Positions 31,238 to 40,371 of a DNA stretch of 64,000 nucleotides are shown piece after piece (the stretch's first letter is position 1; the number at the start of each line of letters is the position of its first letter). The notes beneath the pieces were generated by a model that ran no database searches, was not told the origin of the DNA, and saw only the letters and a list, made by a program, of their open reading frames with translations. Where the stretch lies: the NCBI GenBank assembly GCA_963848295.1, contig CAWKDB010000010.1, forward strand, positions 2,720,001-2,784,000. Reading direction: 5' to 3'. The translations under genes and the position numbers were made by a program. The DNA is from an uncultured delta proteobacterium (GTDB lineage Bacteria; Myxococcota_A; Polyangia; Haliangiales; Haliangiaceae).

Positions 31238-32311
31238 ATGCCGCGTTTGTCCGTCGTCCTGGTCCTCGCCGCGTGTACGTCGAAGACCACGGCGCTGCCC
31301 GACGCACCTCCTCCCGTTCCGGTCGCGACCGGCGCGGTCGGTGCCTGGCAAACCGCGCCCGCGCTGCCGATCGCGCGCGCGAACCTGTGCGCCGCCTCGA
31401 TCGACAACTGGGTGCTCGCGATCGGCGGCAACCACGCCGATGCCGCCGGCGACTTCGTCAAGACCGCCGAGATCGACGCGGCTCAGCTCTCCGACGACGG
31501 CACCCTCGGGCCGTGGCAAGTCGCGGGCATGCTGCCGAGCCCGGTCAGCGAATGCGTCGCGACGAGCGATAGCAATCATCTCTACGTGATCGACGGCCTG
31601 TACGACGACGCCGCCGACGCCGGCCAGGTCTTCACCGCCGACCTCGACGCGACCGGCCACCTCGGCACGCTGACCTCCGCCGGCACCCTGCCGAGCGGCG
31701 ATGTCGTGATCTCGCAGAGCGCGTTCGTCCGCGACGGCACCCTCGCCGTGATGAACCCCGAGCTCGCCGACCCCGGCTCCGCCACCGACCCCGCGAACAC
31801 CGTGCAGACGATCCGCACCGCGATGACCGCGCCGTTCGCGTGGAGCGTCGACGGCTGGAACATCACGTGGCGCGACCAAGCGCAGTACGCCTTCGCCGAC
31901 GGCTTCGCCTACGTCATTGGCGGCTACGGCGAAGACGACGCGAACACCGTCACGACCGACGTCTACATGGCGCCGATCGGCGCGAGCGCCGCGATCGGTG
32001 CGAGCGCGCTCACCACGCCGCTGCCGGTTGCGACCGCGTTCGGCCAAGGCGTCGCGGTCGACGACTGGATCTTCGTCGTCGGCGGCCGCGGCGCCGTATT
32101 CGGCGGCACCGCGACCACCGCGGTGTGGGCCGCGCAAATCGGCAGCGACGGCACCCTCGGCGCGTGGCAAACGCAAACGCCGTTGAGCCAACCGCGCACG
32201 AACCAGGCGATGGTGCTCGTCGGCAGCTACCTCGTCTCGGTCGGCGGCGCCGATGCCGCCGGCGGCGACACGACCGTGCTCGCCGCGCAGGTGCGCTACC
32301 CGCCGCAGTAA
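31238..32311 (+). CDS. Kelch-like beta-propeller lipoprotein
   Basis: LAAC lipobox; repeats LAIGG, YVIDG, YVIGG, FVVGG, VSVGG with DGTLG.W....LP.P. Confidence 0.85.
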   Translation: MPRLSVVLVLAACTSKTTALPDAPPPVPVATGAVGAWQTAPALPIARANLCAASIDNWVLAIGGNHADAAGDFVKTAEIDAAQLSDDGTLGPWQVAGMLPSPVSECVATSDSNHLYVIDGLYDDAADAGQVFTADLDATGHLGTLTSAGTLPSGDVVISQSAFVRDGTLAVMNPELADPGSATDPANTVQTIRTAMTAPFAWSVDGWNITWRDQAQYAFADGFAYVIGGYGEDDANTVTTDVYMAPIGASAAIGASALTTPLPVATAFGQGVAVDDWIFVVGGRGAVFGGTATTAVWAAQIGSDGTLGAWQTQTPLSQPRTNQAMVLVGSYLVSVGGADAAGGDTTVLAAQVRYPPQ

Positions 32312-32369
32312 CGCCCCGCTCGGCCGGAACGCCGTTGTCGTGCCGGCCAAAACCTCGCTACGCTTGGCC

Positions 32370-32690
32370 ATGGTCGCGGTCGCCCTTCCGCCCGGCGTGC
32401 TCGAGCGCATCGTCGAGGTGCTCGCGCCGGAAGAGGTATGGCTGTTCGGGAGTCGTGCGAGACAAACGCACGGGCCCGATAGCGACTGGGACCTCATGGC
32501 CGTGCTGCCGGATACCGCCCCGGACCGCGATCTCGATCTCGCCACCGTGTGGAGCAACCTTCGCGAGCTGCGGCGGATGCGCATCGAGGTGATCCCGATC
32601 CGTCGCCGCGACTTCGATGAAAGCCGGACCACGCTGGGCGAGCTCGCAGAGGCGGTCGCACGCGAGGGTCACGTCGTCTATGGACGCTGA
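32370..32690 (+). CDS. Minimal nucleotidyltransferase (MNT) antitoxin
   Basis: VWLFGSRAR....DSDWDL (GS-x10-DxD); REG.VVYG C-terminus. Confidence 0.88.
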   Translation: MVAVALPPGVLERIVEVLAPEEVWLFGSRARQTHGPDSDWDLMAVLPDTAPDRDLDLATVWSNLRELRRMRIEVIPIRRRDFDESRTTLGELAEAVAREGHVVYGR

Positions 32691-33112
32691 CCGGGGACGC
32701 TGACCGGAAGGGAGCGAACAAACCGATCGCGAAGCTGCTCGCCGCTGCGAATCTCGATCTCGACGCGGCTCGACGCCTGCTCCTCGAGCCACCGAACGTG
32801 CTCGCTGCCAACCATCTGCAGCAAGCCGCCGAGAAGATCCTCGGCGCCGTCCGACTGCATCGCGGCCTGCTCAACACCAAGGATCACGACCTCGTGATCC
32901 TGATCGATGGCCGTCCGGGCGCAGAGCCACGAGCGCTCCCGGCCGGCGACCCATGGCGCGAACGCTTCCGCCCGCTCGAGCCGCTGTCCGCGTACGCGAC
33001 GACGTCTCGCTACAGCCTCACCCCGACGCCGAAGATGGACGACCTTCGGCAGATGCTCGCGACGTTGACCTCGCTCCACGAGGTCGCGAGGACCGAGCTG
33101 CTCACCAGCTAG
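32680..33112 (+). pseudogene. HEPN-domain toxin, 5' end disrupted by a 13-bp tandem duplication
   Basis: HLQQAAEK, KDHDL..L and YATTSRY motifs. ATG 32680 is in frame only if one copy of ggacgctgaccgg is removed. Confidence 0.75.
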
Positions 33113-33190
33113 CCGCTCGTTCACGAGTGCTGCACGGGCTCGTCAACGTTGGTGCTCCGGTAGAGTGCGCGACCCGCCGGAGTACGTGGC

Positions 33191-34288
33191 ATGGTCGGCG
33201 CCGTGGCTGATCCGGTGCCGTTCTTTGACATGCGAGCCGAGCTCCGGCCGATCCGGGCCGAGCTCGATGCCGCGATCGCCCGCGTGCTCGACAGCGGCGT
33301 GTTGATCGGCGGCACCGAGGTCACCGCGTTCGAGCGCGAGCTCGCGATCGCCACCGGCGCCGCGCGCGCGATCGGCACGAGCTCGGGCACGGATGCGCTG
33401 CTCGCGATCTTGATGGCGCTCGGCATCGACCGCGACGCCGAGGTCGTCACGACGCCGCTGACCTTCTTCGCGACTGCCGGCGCACCCGCACGGCTCGGCG
33501 CGCGCGTCGTGTTCGCCGACATCGATGACGCGACCCTCGGCCTCGATCCGGCCGCCGCGCTCGCCGCTTGCACGCCGCGAACGCGCGCGATCGTCCCGGT
33601 CAACCTGTTCGGCTTGCCGGCGGCGCTGTCCGCGAGCGCGCCATGCCCGATCGTCGAGGATTCGGCGCAGAGCATCCTCGCGGCGCCGGTGCGCGGGATC
33701 GCAGCCGCGCTATCGCTGTTCCCGACCAAGAACCTCGGCGCGCTTGGCGATGCCGGCGCAGTGCTCACCGACGACGCGGCGCTCGCCGATCGCATCGCGC
33801 TGCTCCGCAACCACGGCGCCCAGCCGAAATATCATCATGCGGTCGTCGGCGGAAACTTCCGACTCGATGCGCTCCAAGCCGCCGTGCTGCGCGTGAAATT
33901 GCCGCATCTCGCGCGATGGACCGCCGCTCGGCGCTCCCACGCCGCCCACTATCGCGCGCTGTTCGCCGCCGCGCGCCTCCCCGCCGAGCTGCGCTTGCCG
34001 CCCGACGACGCGGCGCACGTCTACCACCAGTTCTCGATCCGCGCGCCGCGGCGTGACGCGCTGCGTGCGCATCTCGCGACCGCGGGCATCGAGACCGCGA
34101 TCTACTATCCCGAACCGCTCCATCTCCAGCCGTGCTTCGCCTCGCTGGGCTATCGCGCGGGTTCGCTGCCGCGCGCCGAACGCGCGTGCACCGAGCTGCT
34201 CGCCTTGCCGATCCAGCCGGCGCTCGAGCCCGATGGCCGGGCTCGCGTGGTCGACGCGATCGTTGCGTTCTACGGTCGCCGACTGTGA
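33191..34288 (+). CDS. DegT/DnrJ/EryC1/StrS-family sugar aminotransferase
   Basis: SSGTDAL, TPLTFFATA, IVEDSAQS, SLFPTKNLGALGDAG, NFRLDALQAAVL. Confidence 0.93.
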   Translation: MVGAVADPVPFFDMRAELRPIRAELDAAIARVLDSGVLIGGTEVTAFERELAIATGAARAIGTSSGTDALLAILMALGIDRDAEVVTTPLTFFATAGAPARLGARVVFADIDDATLGLDPAAALAACTPRTRAIVPVNLFGLPAALSASAPCPIVEDSAQSILAAPVRGIAAALSLFPTKNLGALGDAGAVLTDDAALADRIALLRNHGAQPKYHHAVVGGNFRLDALQAAVLRVKLPHLARWTAARRSHAAHYRALFAAARLPAELRLPPDDAAHVYHQFSIRAPRRDALRAHLATAGIETAIYYPEPLHLQPCFASLGYRAGSLPRAERACTELLALPIQPALEPDGRARVVDAIVAFYGRRL

Positions 34289-34304
34289 TAGCGCTAGGGC
34301 TGCG

Positions 34305-35330
34305 ATGAAAGTCCGCGTAGCGGTCCTCGGTGCGGGCAGCTGGGGCATCAACCACGTCCGCGTGCTCGCCGGCGAGCCGCGGTGCGAGCTGGTTTCGATC
34401 GTCGAGCCCGATCGCGCGAAGCACGGCGCGATTACATCGCTCGCCCCCCAGGCGCAGATCCTCGAGTCCGCGGATGCGGCGCTGGGCGCAGCGAACGTCG
34501 ATGCGCTCGTGATCGCGACGCCCGCGTCGACCCACGTCGAGCTCGCGCTCGCTGCGCTCGCCGCCGGCAAACATGTGCTGATCGAGAAGCCGGTCGCACG
34601 CTCGCTCGCCGATGCGGTCCGGCTCGGCGATGCCGCCAGGCACGCGCGCCGGACCGCGATGGTCGGCCACCTGATGGTCTATCACCCAGCGGTCCGCCGA
34701 CTGCGCGAGCTGCTGCGCAGCGGAGCGCTCGGCACGCCGTACTACATCCACGCGACGCGCGTGAACCTAGGCCGGTTGCGCAGCGACGAGACCGCGCTGT
34801 GGTGCTTCGGCCCGCACGATCTGTCGATGATCGACTACATCACCGGCGAAACGCCGACGACCGTCTCGGCGTGCGGCCAATCGGTGCTGCAGCCCGGGAT
34901 CGAGGATGTCGTGTTCATGACCCTGCGCTACGCGAGCGGCCTCGTCGCGAACTTGCACCTGTCGTGGCTGCATCCGCGCAAAGAACGCCGGCTCACGCTC
35001 GTGTGCTCGCAAAAAATGGTCGAGTTCGACGATCAGATTCGCGAGAAGTTGCGGATCTACGACAAGGGCTACGACCGGCCGCCCGACTTCAAGGAGTTCG
35101 GAGAGTTCCTGACGCTGCGCGACGGCGATGTCCACATCCCTCACTTGTCGATGGAGGAGCCGCTGCGAGCCGAAATCCGCCACTTCCTCGACTGTGTCGC
35201 GACCGGGGCCACGCCCGATACCGACCTCGCCGGCGGCGCCCGCGTCACCGCGATCCTCGAGGCCGCGGATTTGTCACTCGGGCGGGGTGGTATGCCAATC
35301 GCGATCAGTCTTGCAGCTACGAGCCGCTAG
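34305..35330 (+). CDS. Gfo/Idh/MocA-family oxidoreductase (nucleotide-sugar dehydrogenase-like)
   Basis: VAVLGAGSWG, ATPASTH, GKHVLIEKP, PHDLS, SWLHPRKERR, EEPL. Confidence 0.92.
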   Translation: MKVRVAVLGAGSWGINHVRVLAGEPRCELVSIVEPDRAKHGAITSLAPQAQILESADAALGAANVDALVIATPASTHVELALAALAAGKHVLIEKPVARSLADAVRLGDAARHARRTAMVGHLMVYHPAVRRLRELLRSGALGTPYYIHATRVNLGRLRSDETALWCFGPHDLSMIDYITGETPTTVSACGQSVLQPGIEDVVFMTLRYASGLVANLHLSWLHPRKERRLTLVCSQKMVEFDDQIREKLRIYDKGYDRPPDFKEFGEFLTLRDGDVHIPHLSMEEPLRAEIRHFLDCVATGATPDTDLAGGARVTAILEAADLSLGRGGMPIAISLAATSR

Positions 35331-36411
35331 GAACGACCGCTAGCGAGTTGATCGTGCCGTCGACGGTCATCGTACCCAACGGCGTGAAATTGTCCTGACC
35401 GTCGATCTCGAATTCCGCTAGCTCGGACGTCGAGGCATCGACCGCCCGCCCGGTCACGACGAACCGACCGTCTCTCGATACCGCCATAGCGGTGACTCGC
35501 GATGCGAACGACGGCCCCGCTGTCCAACTTGGCGTACCCGCCCCGAGCGTGAGCAGTTGAAGCGAGGCGGACGAGCTCACGGCGGCGAGCGCACGATCGT
35601 GAGGCAGGGCGACCACGCGATCGATCGCCCCCAGCGTGCCGACCAATGCATCGAATGCAAATGGGGAACGGGTGTACCGCCAGACGTTGTCGTCGTCGGA
35701 ACAGAATGCGAGCACGCTGTCGCCGCTCAGCACGAGGTCCGTCGGGGCGGCGCACGACGCTGCCTGTTCGTACGCAGACGAGAAATCGAGACCCGCGATC
35801 AGCGCGAAATCCGCGACCTGGCTCGTGCCGCCGATGTAGAGATGCGCCCCGCTGCCGTCGAGTGCCATCGCCCCGGACCCGGTGGGTGCGGCCGCCGAGT
35901 CGAGCACGGTCGGCGTCCCATCGCTGCCGGCCTCGAACCGGTACACACCGGTCGTGCCCGTACCATCGATCGTAAAGAAGCCAACCGACGACGGCGCGTC
36001 GAACCGGATGCGCTGAACCGTTCGCGGCACTCCGAGATCGGGAAACGTCGTCGACGTGACCTGCGCGCATGAGACCGCGATGCCCTCGAACCTGGATTCG
36101 ATGGCGTAGACGTACGGCAGCGACGGATGCGCGACGAGATCGTTGTAGCGGTCGACCGCAGCGGTCAGTGGACACGGAGCGCCGAGGCCCGTGTCGTCGA
36201 ATGGAAAGACCTGTAGCGCCGAGCCCGAGGTGCTGGAAATCGAGGCTACCGCCCAGTTGTGGGTCGAGGCCGGCGCGTCTGGTGAAGCGTCGATCGCGGC
36301 GTCGCTGGCATCACCACCGATCGTGGCATCGTGGTCGGTCGCTGGGCGCGTATTGTCCCCGCAGGCAGTGACCACGAGCAAAGCGAGGAGCGATAAGCTA
36401 GTGCGCAGCAA
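35317..36411 (-). CDS. Lipoprotein, beta-propeller (lactonase-like)
   Basis: VTACGDN lipobox; DAAIDA linker; propeller-like repeats (HPSLPYVY, ALDGSGAHLY, AVSRDGRFV). Confidence 0.7.
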   Translation of the reverse strand: MLRTSLSLLALLVVTACGDNTRPATDHDATIGGDASDAAIDASPDAPASTHNWAVASISSTSGSALQVFPFDDTGLGAPCPLTAAVDRYNDLVAHPSLPYVYAIESRFEGIAVSCAQVTSTTFPDLGVPRTVQRIRFDAPSSVGFFTIDGTGTTGVYRFEAGSDGTPTVLDSAAAPTGSGAMALDGSGAHLYIGGTSQVADFALIAGLDFSSAYEQAASCAAPTDLVLSGDSVLAFCSDDDNVWRYTRSPFAFDALVGTLGAIDRVVALPHDRALAAVSSSASLQLLTLGAGTPSWTAGPSFASRVTAMAVSRDGRFVVTGRAVDASTSELAEFEIDGQDNFTPLGTMTVDGTINSLAVVPSGS

Positions 36412-36434
36412 GGCGGCCTCCGGAATGATACGGC

Positions 36435-39071
36435 TTAGTTGCGGAGCGGCGAGTGAGCAAGCGGATTGTCGATCGCTTGCGCCGGTGGGGCATCATGCCC
36501 GGTCGGGCTCGCTGGTGCATCGGAGTGAACCGTCGGCAGCGCCGGTAACTGCTCATGCATGGCGTCGTCGACCGCGCGAAGCTTGAGCTCGCCCGAATGG
36601 CGATCACTGATCAGCTGGATGCGCCGCGATAATTCGAGTCGTTTGTCGAGTGGGACGATTCCCGCCCCATCGAGTCTATGTAGACATTGGAGTGCGTGAT
36701 CGAGATCGTTCTGAGCAGAGAAGCTGTCGCACAGCAACATCCAAGCCTCCGACTGTTCGTCGACGCGCGTATGCCACGACGCGACGTCAGCGAGGTCAGC
36801 GAGTACGGGAGCGTAGTCCTTCCGCAACACCTCGACACGCGCGAGCATGAGGCGCGACGAGAATGTGTGCGCGAGCTCGAGCCGGCGTTGCGCTGCCCGA
36901 TACGCCGCCTCAAGATCGCCGCGATTCATCGCAAGGTGATAGAGGTCGTCGATGGTCTGAATGTCCGCATCCGGGCTTTGGATCACGCGCGACAACCACG
37001 CGACAACGACATCCTCTCGGTGAAGCTCCTTGAGCGAGGTGAGGATCGCTTCCTTGGGCTCCCAATCCGGCGGGATCGCCCGGGCGGCCAACGATGCATC
37101 CGGAAGCGTACCGAGGATCTCGATCAGCACTGGCTTCGGCATCGCCGTCCCGTGGAGTGCTAGCGAATATTCGATCGCAGCTTGCTCCGGGCGCCGGTCC
37201 ATCACGAGCATGCGCGCAGCAAGTCGGTGCAGTCCTGCGTGAGTCGGGTGCAAGATCAGCGCATAGTTAAGGAAATCGACTGCGTGCTTATCGCCGATGC
37301 TCAGCATCAGATCGGCCGTCTTGGCAAAGCCGAAATAGTCGATCGGATGGCGCTGGATCTCGTCGTGAAAGTCCGCGAGGGTCGCGCCGTCATCGCTCGA
37401 AAGATCGTCGTGGTCCTCCTCGATGCTACGACCGATCCCGGTGGCGAGTAGCGCACCAGAGACAACGAGCGCGGTGATGAGACCGGCGCGAGCGAGCTTG
37501 GTCTTGGAGGTCGCCTGGCGTAGCGAAACCGGCACCAACGTCGCCGCGATAATGGTCACCGGGACCGCGACGCCGAGCATCTCGATCCCGAAATCGACGC
37601 TGCTTTGAAACATCACCGCCGACATTGCGCCGAACGCGCCCGCGGCCAGCGGGCCGTCACGCCAGCGTCGCGCGGCAGCGACCACGCATGCTGCGAGAAG
37701 GAGCGCCATGATCACCGATGCCGGGATCCCCCACTCGACGACGCCGGAGACGTACTCGTTCTCGAGGTGAGAGAACGTCGCAAACGAGCTCGCCGGGTGA
37801 ACCCGCGTGAGGCTGGGCTCGATGGCGCCGCGGCCGATCCCGAACCATGGAGCCTCCTCGACGAGGCTCATCGACGACTTCCACGCCTCGAACTTGCTCA
37901 GCGGATGGTTGAGCTCGGACAACGAGGTGTTTTCGAGCTGATCGACAACCTTGCCGGCGCTCGTCACGAGCGCGACGGTCAGCGAGATCCCGACGACGAT
38001 CGCGATCGGCAGATCGCGGCTCACCGCGCGACGGCGTCGTAACGTCTTGGATGCCTCCGAGCCGCTCGATGAGGCACGGCGCGCGAACAGCAGCGTGCCG
38101 GTAATCGAAGCGCCGAGCACGAGGCCGATCGCCGCACCGCGCGACGTCGAGCCAAGCACGACGAGTGCGCAACCGATCGCGATCACGAGCCATAGAACTC
38201 GAAGTTGGGTAGCCTGACTTTGGTAGAACACGAGCCCGATCGCGAGCGACATCCCAAACGCCATCAGGCAGCCGAGGTGGTTCGTGTTGAGCAACGGGCC
38301 GAGGATCGGCGGCGTCGCGTGATGGAGATCGTAGATCCCGTAAAGGCTATCGGCGCTCAGCAGAACGTGGAGTCCAGTGACCATCGCCGCCGCGCCGCAG
38401 GTCAGGACCACAGCGGCGACGAGCAGGTACTTGCCGCGCTCGGAAGCCGCGAACCGCGCGCACAGTGTGGCGACGCCAAGCAACGTCAGGAAGAACGTGA
38501 GCGCTCGGAGCGTGCCCGGTGGATCCATCGAGATGCACGGCCACGGCGACGTCCCCGCCAACTGAGCGCCGCCGTCGCGGAGCTCCATTCCTTGACCGTC
38601 CAACATCGAGAGCAGACCGTGTGGAAGCGGGACTAACTGGAACGCGGTGATCACTGTCGCCGCACCGAGGAAAAGCACGACAGGCGACATCTTCAATGGC
38701 GCTCGGCGAGAAGTGAGATGAATGATCATCGCGAGAGCGACGAGGCCGGCGACCAGCACCTGGGTCCACCGCATCGCGCCGCCCACCACGAGGACCGAGG
38801 TGGCAAGCGCCGCCGCGCCGATCCAAAGCACGGTCCAATCGGACAAGGTGGGGCGCGAGCCACCACCACGCCGACGCGAGGATCTACGAAGCTGCGGCTG
38901 AGGCGAGACCTCGCGGCTCTGCTCCGTCGCCGGTCCAACGTCGTAGCCAGCGATTTTGTCACCGGCTACCTCGTCATCGCCGAGCGCATCGGCCGAAACG
39001 TCGGAGGATTCATCCCCCAGCGCGTTCGAGTCTTCGGACTCGAACCACGGATCATCGAGGGATGAGCTCAC
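36435..39071 (-). CDS. O-antigen ligase/Wzy_C family membrane protein with C-terminal TPR region
   Basis: Many TMs; GPLLNTNHLG, TSRGA, PWFGIGRGA, HLENEY. Confidence 0.85.
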   Translation of the reverse strand: MSSSLDDPWFESEDSNALGDESSDVSADALGDDEVAGDKIAGYDVGPATEQSREVSPQPQLRRSSRRRGGGSRPTLSDWTVLWIGAAALATSVLVVGGAMRWTQVLVAGLVALAMIIHLTSRRAPLKMSPVVLFLGAATVITAFQLVPLPHGLLSMLDGQGMELRDGGAQLAGTSPWPCISMDPPGTLRALTFFLTLLGVATLCARFAASERGKYLLVAAVVLTCGAAAMVTGLHVLLSADSLYGIYDLHHATPPILGPLLNTNHLGCLMAFGMSLAIGLVFYQSQATQLRVLWLVIAIGCALVVLGSTSRGAAIGLVLGASITGTLLFARRASSSGSEASKTLRRRRAVSRDLPIAIVVGISLTVALVTSAGKVVDQLENTSLSELNHPLSKFEAWKSSMSLVEEAPWFGIGRGAIEPSLTRVHPASSFATFSHLENEYVSGVVEWGIPASVIMALLLAACVVAAARRWRDGPLAAGAFGAMSAVMFQSSVDFGIEMLGVAVPVTIIAATLVPVSLRQATSKTKLARAGLITALVVSGALLATGIGRSIEEDHDDLSSDDGATLADFHDEIQRHPIDYFGFAKTADLMLSIGDKHAVDFLNYALILHPTHAGLHRLAARMLVMDRRPEQAAIEYSLALHGTAMPKPVLIEILGTLPDASLAARAIPPDWEPKEAILTSLKELHREDVVVAWLSRVIQSPDADIQTIDDLYHLAMNRGDLEAAYRAAQRRLELAHTFSSRLMLARVEVLRKDYAPVLADLADVASWHTRVDEQSEAWMLLCDSFSAQNDLDHALQCLHRLDGAGIVPLDKRLELSRRIQLISDRHSGELKLRAVDDAMHEQLPALPTVHSDAPASPTGHDAPPAQAIDNPLAHSPLRN

Positions 39072-39090
39072 TTAGGTTCCTGTCGCGCGG

Positions 39091-39675
39091 CTACCAGGAC
39101 CGCTCAGGTACGAACACCTCGTCACCGGGCATCATCGGAAACGTTGGCCGTTCGCCCTCGGCCATCTTCTCGACCGGCAGCTTATAAGTCTGCTTCGCCC
39201 CGTTCACGGTGCGCGTGACCTTCACCATGTTCTTGCGCGCCAGCGGGGTAAAACCACCGCTCTGAGCGACCGCATCTACGACACTCATCCCGGGAGTGAA
39301 CTTCATGTTGCCGGTCCGCGCGACCATCCCCGAGACGGAAATACTTAACGAATTTAGCTCCGTAATCGTGAGTGAGACAATTGGATCGACGAGGAACCCG
39401 TCGGCGAGGCGCTTCTGGATCTCGGTCCGGACGTCACCCAGCGTCTTGCCACCAGCCGTCACCGTGCCGATGTACTGGACTGAAATCAGCCCCGACCCAT
39501 CCAACGTGTATTGCGCGTTCACCGAGTGGGAGCCGTAGTAGATCGTCAGCGCCAGCTTGTCGCCTGTGCCTAGATGCAACTTGTCCATGTCCACCGTCGC
39601 TACCGTGGGGTATGCGAGAGGTGGGTCGTCGTGACACGCGACCAACAACAAGAGAATACAAAGAAAACGCTGCAT
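39091..39675 (-). CDS. wza: Short polysaccharide export (OPX/Wza-family) lipoprotein
   Basis: LVAC lipobox; LGTGDKL, G.ISVQYIG.V...GKT, GGFTPLA, MPGDEVFVPERSW; no C-terminal OM helix. Confidence 0.88.
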   Translation of the reverse strand: MQRFLCILLLLVACHDDPPLAYPTVATVDMDKLHLGTGDKLALTIYYGSHSVNAQYTLDGSGLISVQYIGTVTAGGKTLGDVRTEIQKRLADGFLVDPIVSLTITELNSLSISVSGMVARTGNMKFTPGMSVVDAVAQSGGFTPLARKNMVKVTRTVNGAKQTYKLPVEKMAEGERPTFPMMPGDEVFVPERSW

Positions 39676-39777
39676 GGCTCCAAATCCGCGTCGAGGATGA
39701 GTTGTCATCTACGCCGAGAAGGTTCAAGCGGGCAAGCGTGAACCTTTGGATCCCGCCCGGCGACAAACTGCGGTAGA

Positions 39778-39807
39778 TTGACAGGCGGCAGTCAACGCGG
39801 CTAGGCT
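39778..39807 (+). promoter_or_regulatory. Sigma-70-type promoter overlapping a TTGAC-N8-GTCAA palindrome
   Basis: TTGACA(39778)-N18-TAGGCT(39802); palindrome at 39778-39795; second inverted repeat aaggttca/tgaacctt at 39719-39746. Confidence 0.5.
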
Positions 39808-39823
39808 CCTGGTCGTCGACGGA

Positions 39824-40348
39824 ATGGTGAACTGGATGAAATCGCTGCTAAAGCTTGGACTGATCGGCGCGCTTGCAGGCGTGGGTGCCACGCTGCTTTA
39901 CGCGGCTCCGGAAGCGACGCCTCCCGACGCGCAGCTGAACGACTTGCTCGGTCAGGCCGATCTCGTCCATAGCAGCGCCACCGCTGACATGCAGCACGTC
40001 GTCCAGCTCCAGGAGACGGCTCGGAAGTCCAAGGACATCATCAAGCTCAACTGCGTCAACGACAAGCTGGTGCAGATGAAGCCCCAGATGAACGTGCTCG
40101 AGCAGATGCAGAACGAGATGCGCTCCAGCCAAAACGTTGCGGCTGCGGCGGCCCAGGTTACCCAGGCCGGTCAGAACATGCGGCAGCTGCGCGATGGCGC
40201 TGATCAATGTGCCGGTGAGTCGATCATCGAATCGGAGTCGGCGAACTCCTACACCGGCCCGAACCACCCAGATCTGCCGTATGGCAATCCGTGGGAGAAC
40301 GGCAGCAGCGTCGTCGAGCCGCCGAACTACGCCTCACCCTACGACTGA
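39824..40348 (+). CDS. Secreted helical hypothetical protein
   Basis: Signal peptide; ARKSKDIIKLNCVNDKL...ADQCAGE; ends ASPYD. Confidence 0.8.
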   Translation: MVNWMKSLLKLGLIGALAGVGATLLYAAPEATPPDAQLNDLLGQADLVHSSATADMQHVVQLQETARKSKDIIKLNCVNDKLVQMKPQMNVLEQMQNEMRSSQNVAAAAAQVTQAGQNMRQLRDGADQCAGESIIESESANSYTGPNHPDLPYGNPWENGSSVVEPPNYASPYD

Positions 40349-40369
40349 AGCTCTTACGACTGAAGCTCT
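40340..40369 (+). repeat. 15-bp tandem duplication spanning a stop codon
   Basis: tacgactgaagctct x2. Confidence 0.92.
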
Positions 40370-40371
40370 AA

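Noticed and set aside
26640..33184. Integron cassette array
   Set aside because: No intI, no recurring attC-like GTTRRRY/RYYYAAC palindromes, and the flanking repeats differ from each other.
40340..40369. 15-bp duplication as the ISAzo13 target-site duplication
   Set aside because: Both copies lie on the same side of the element.
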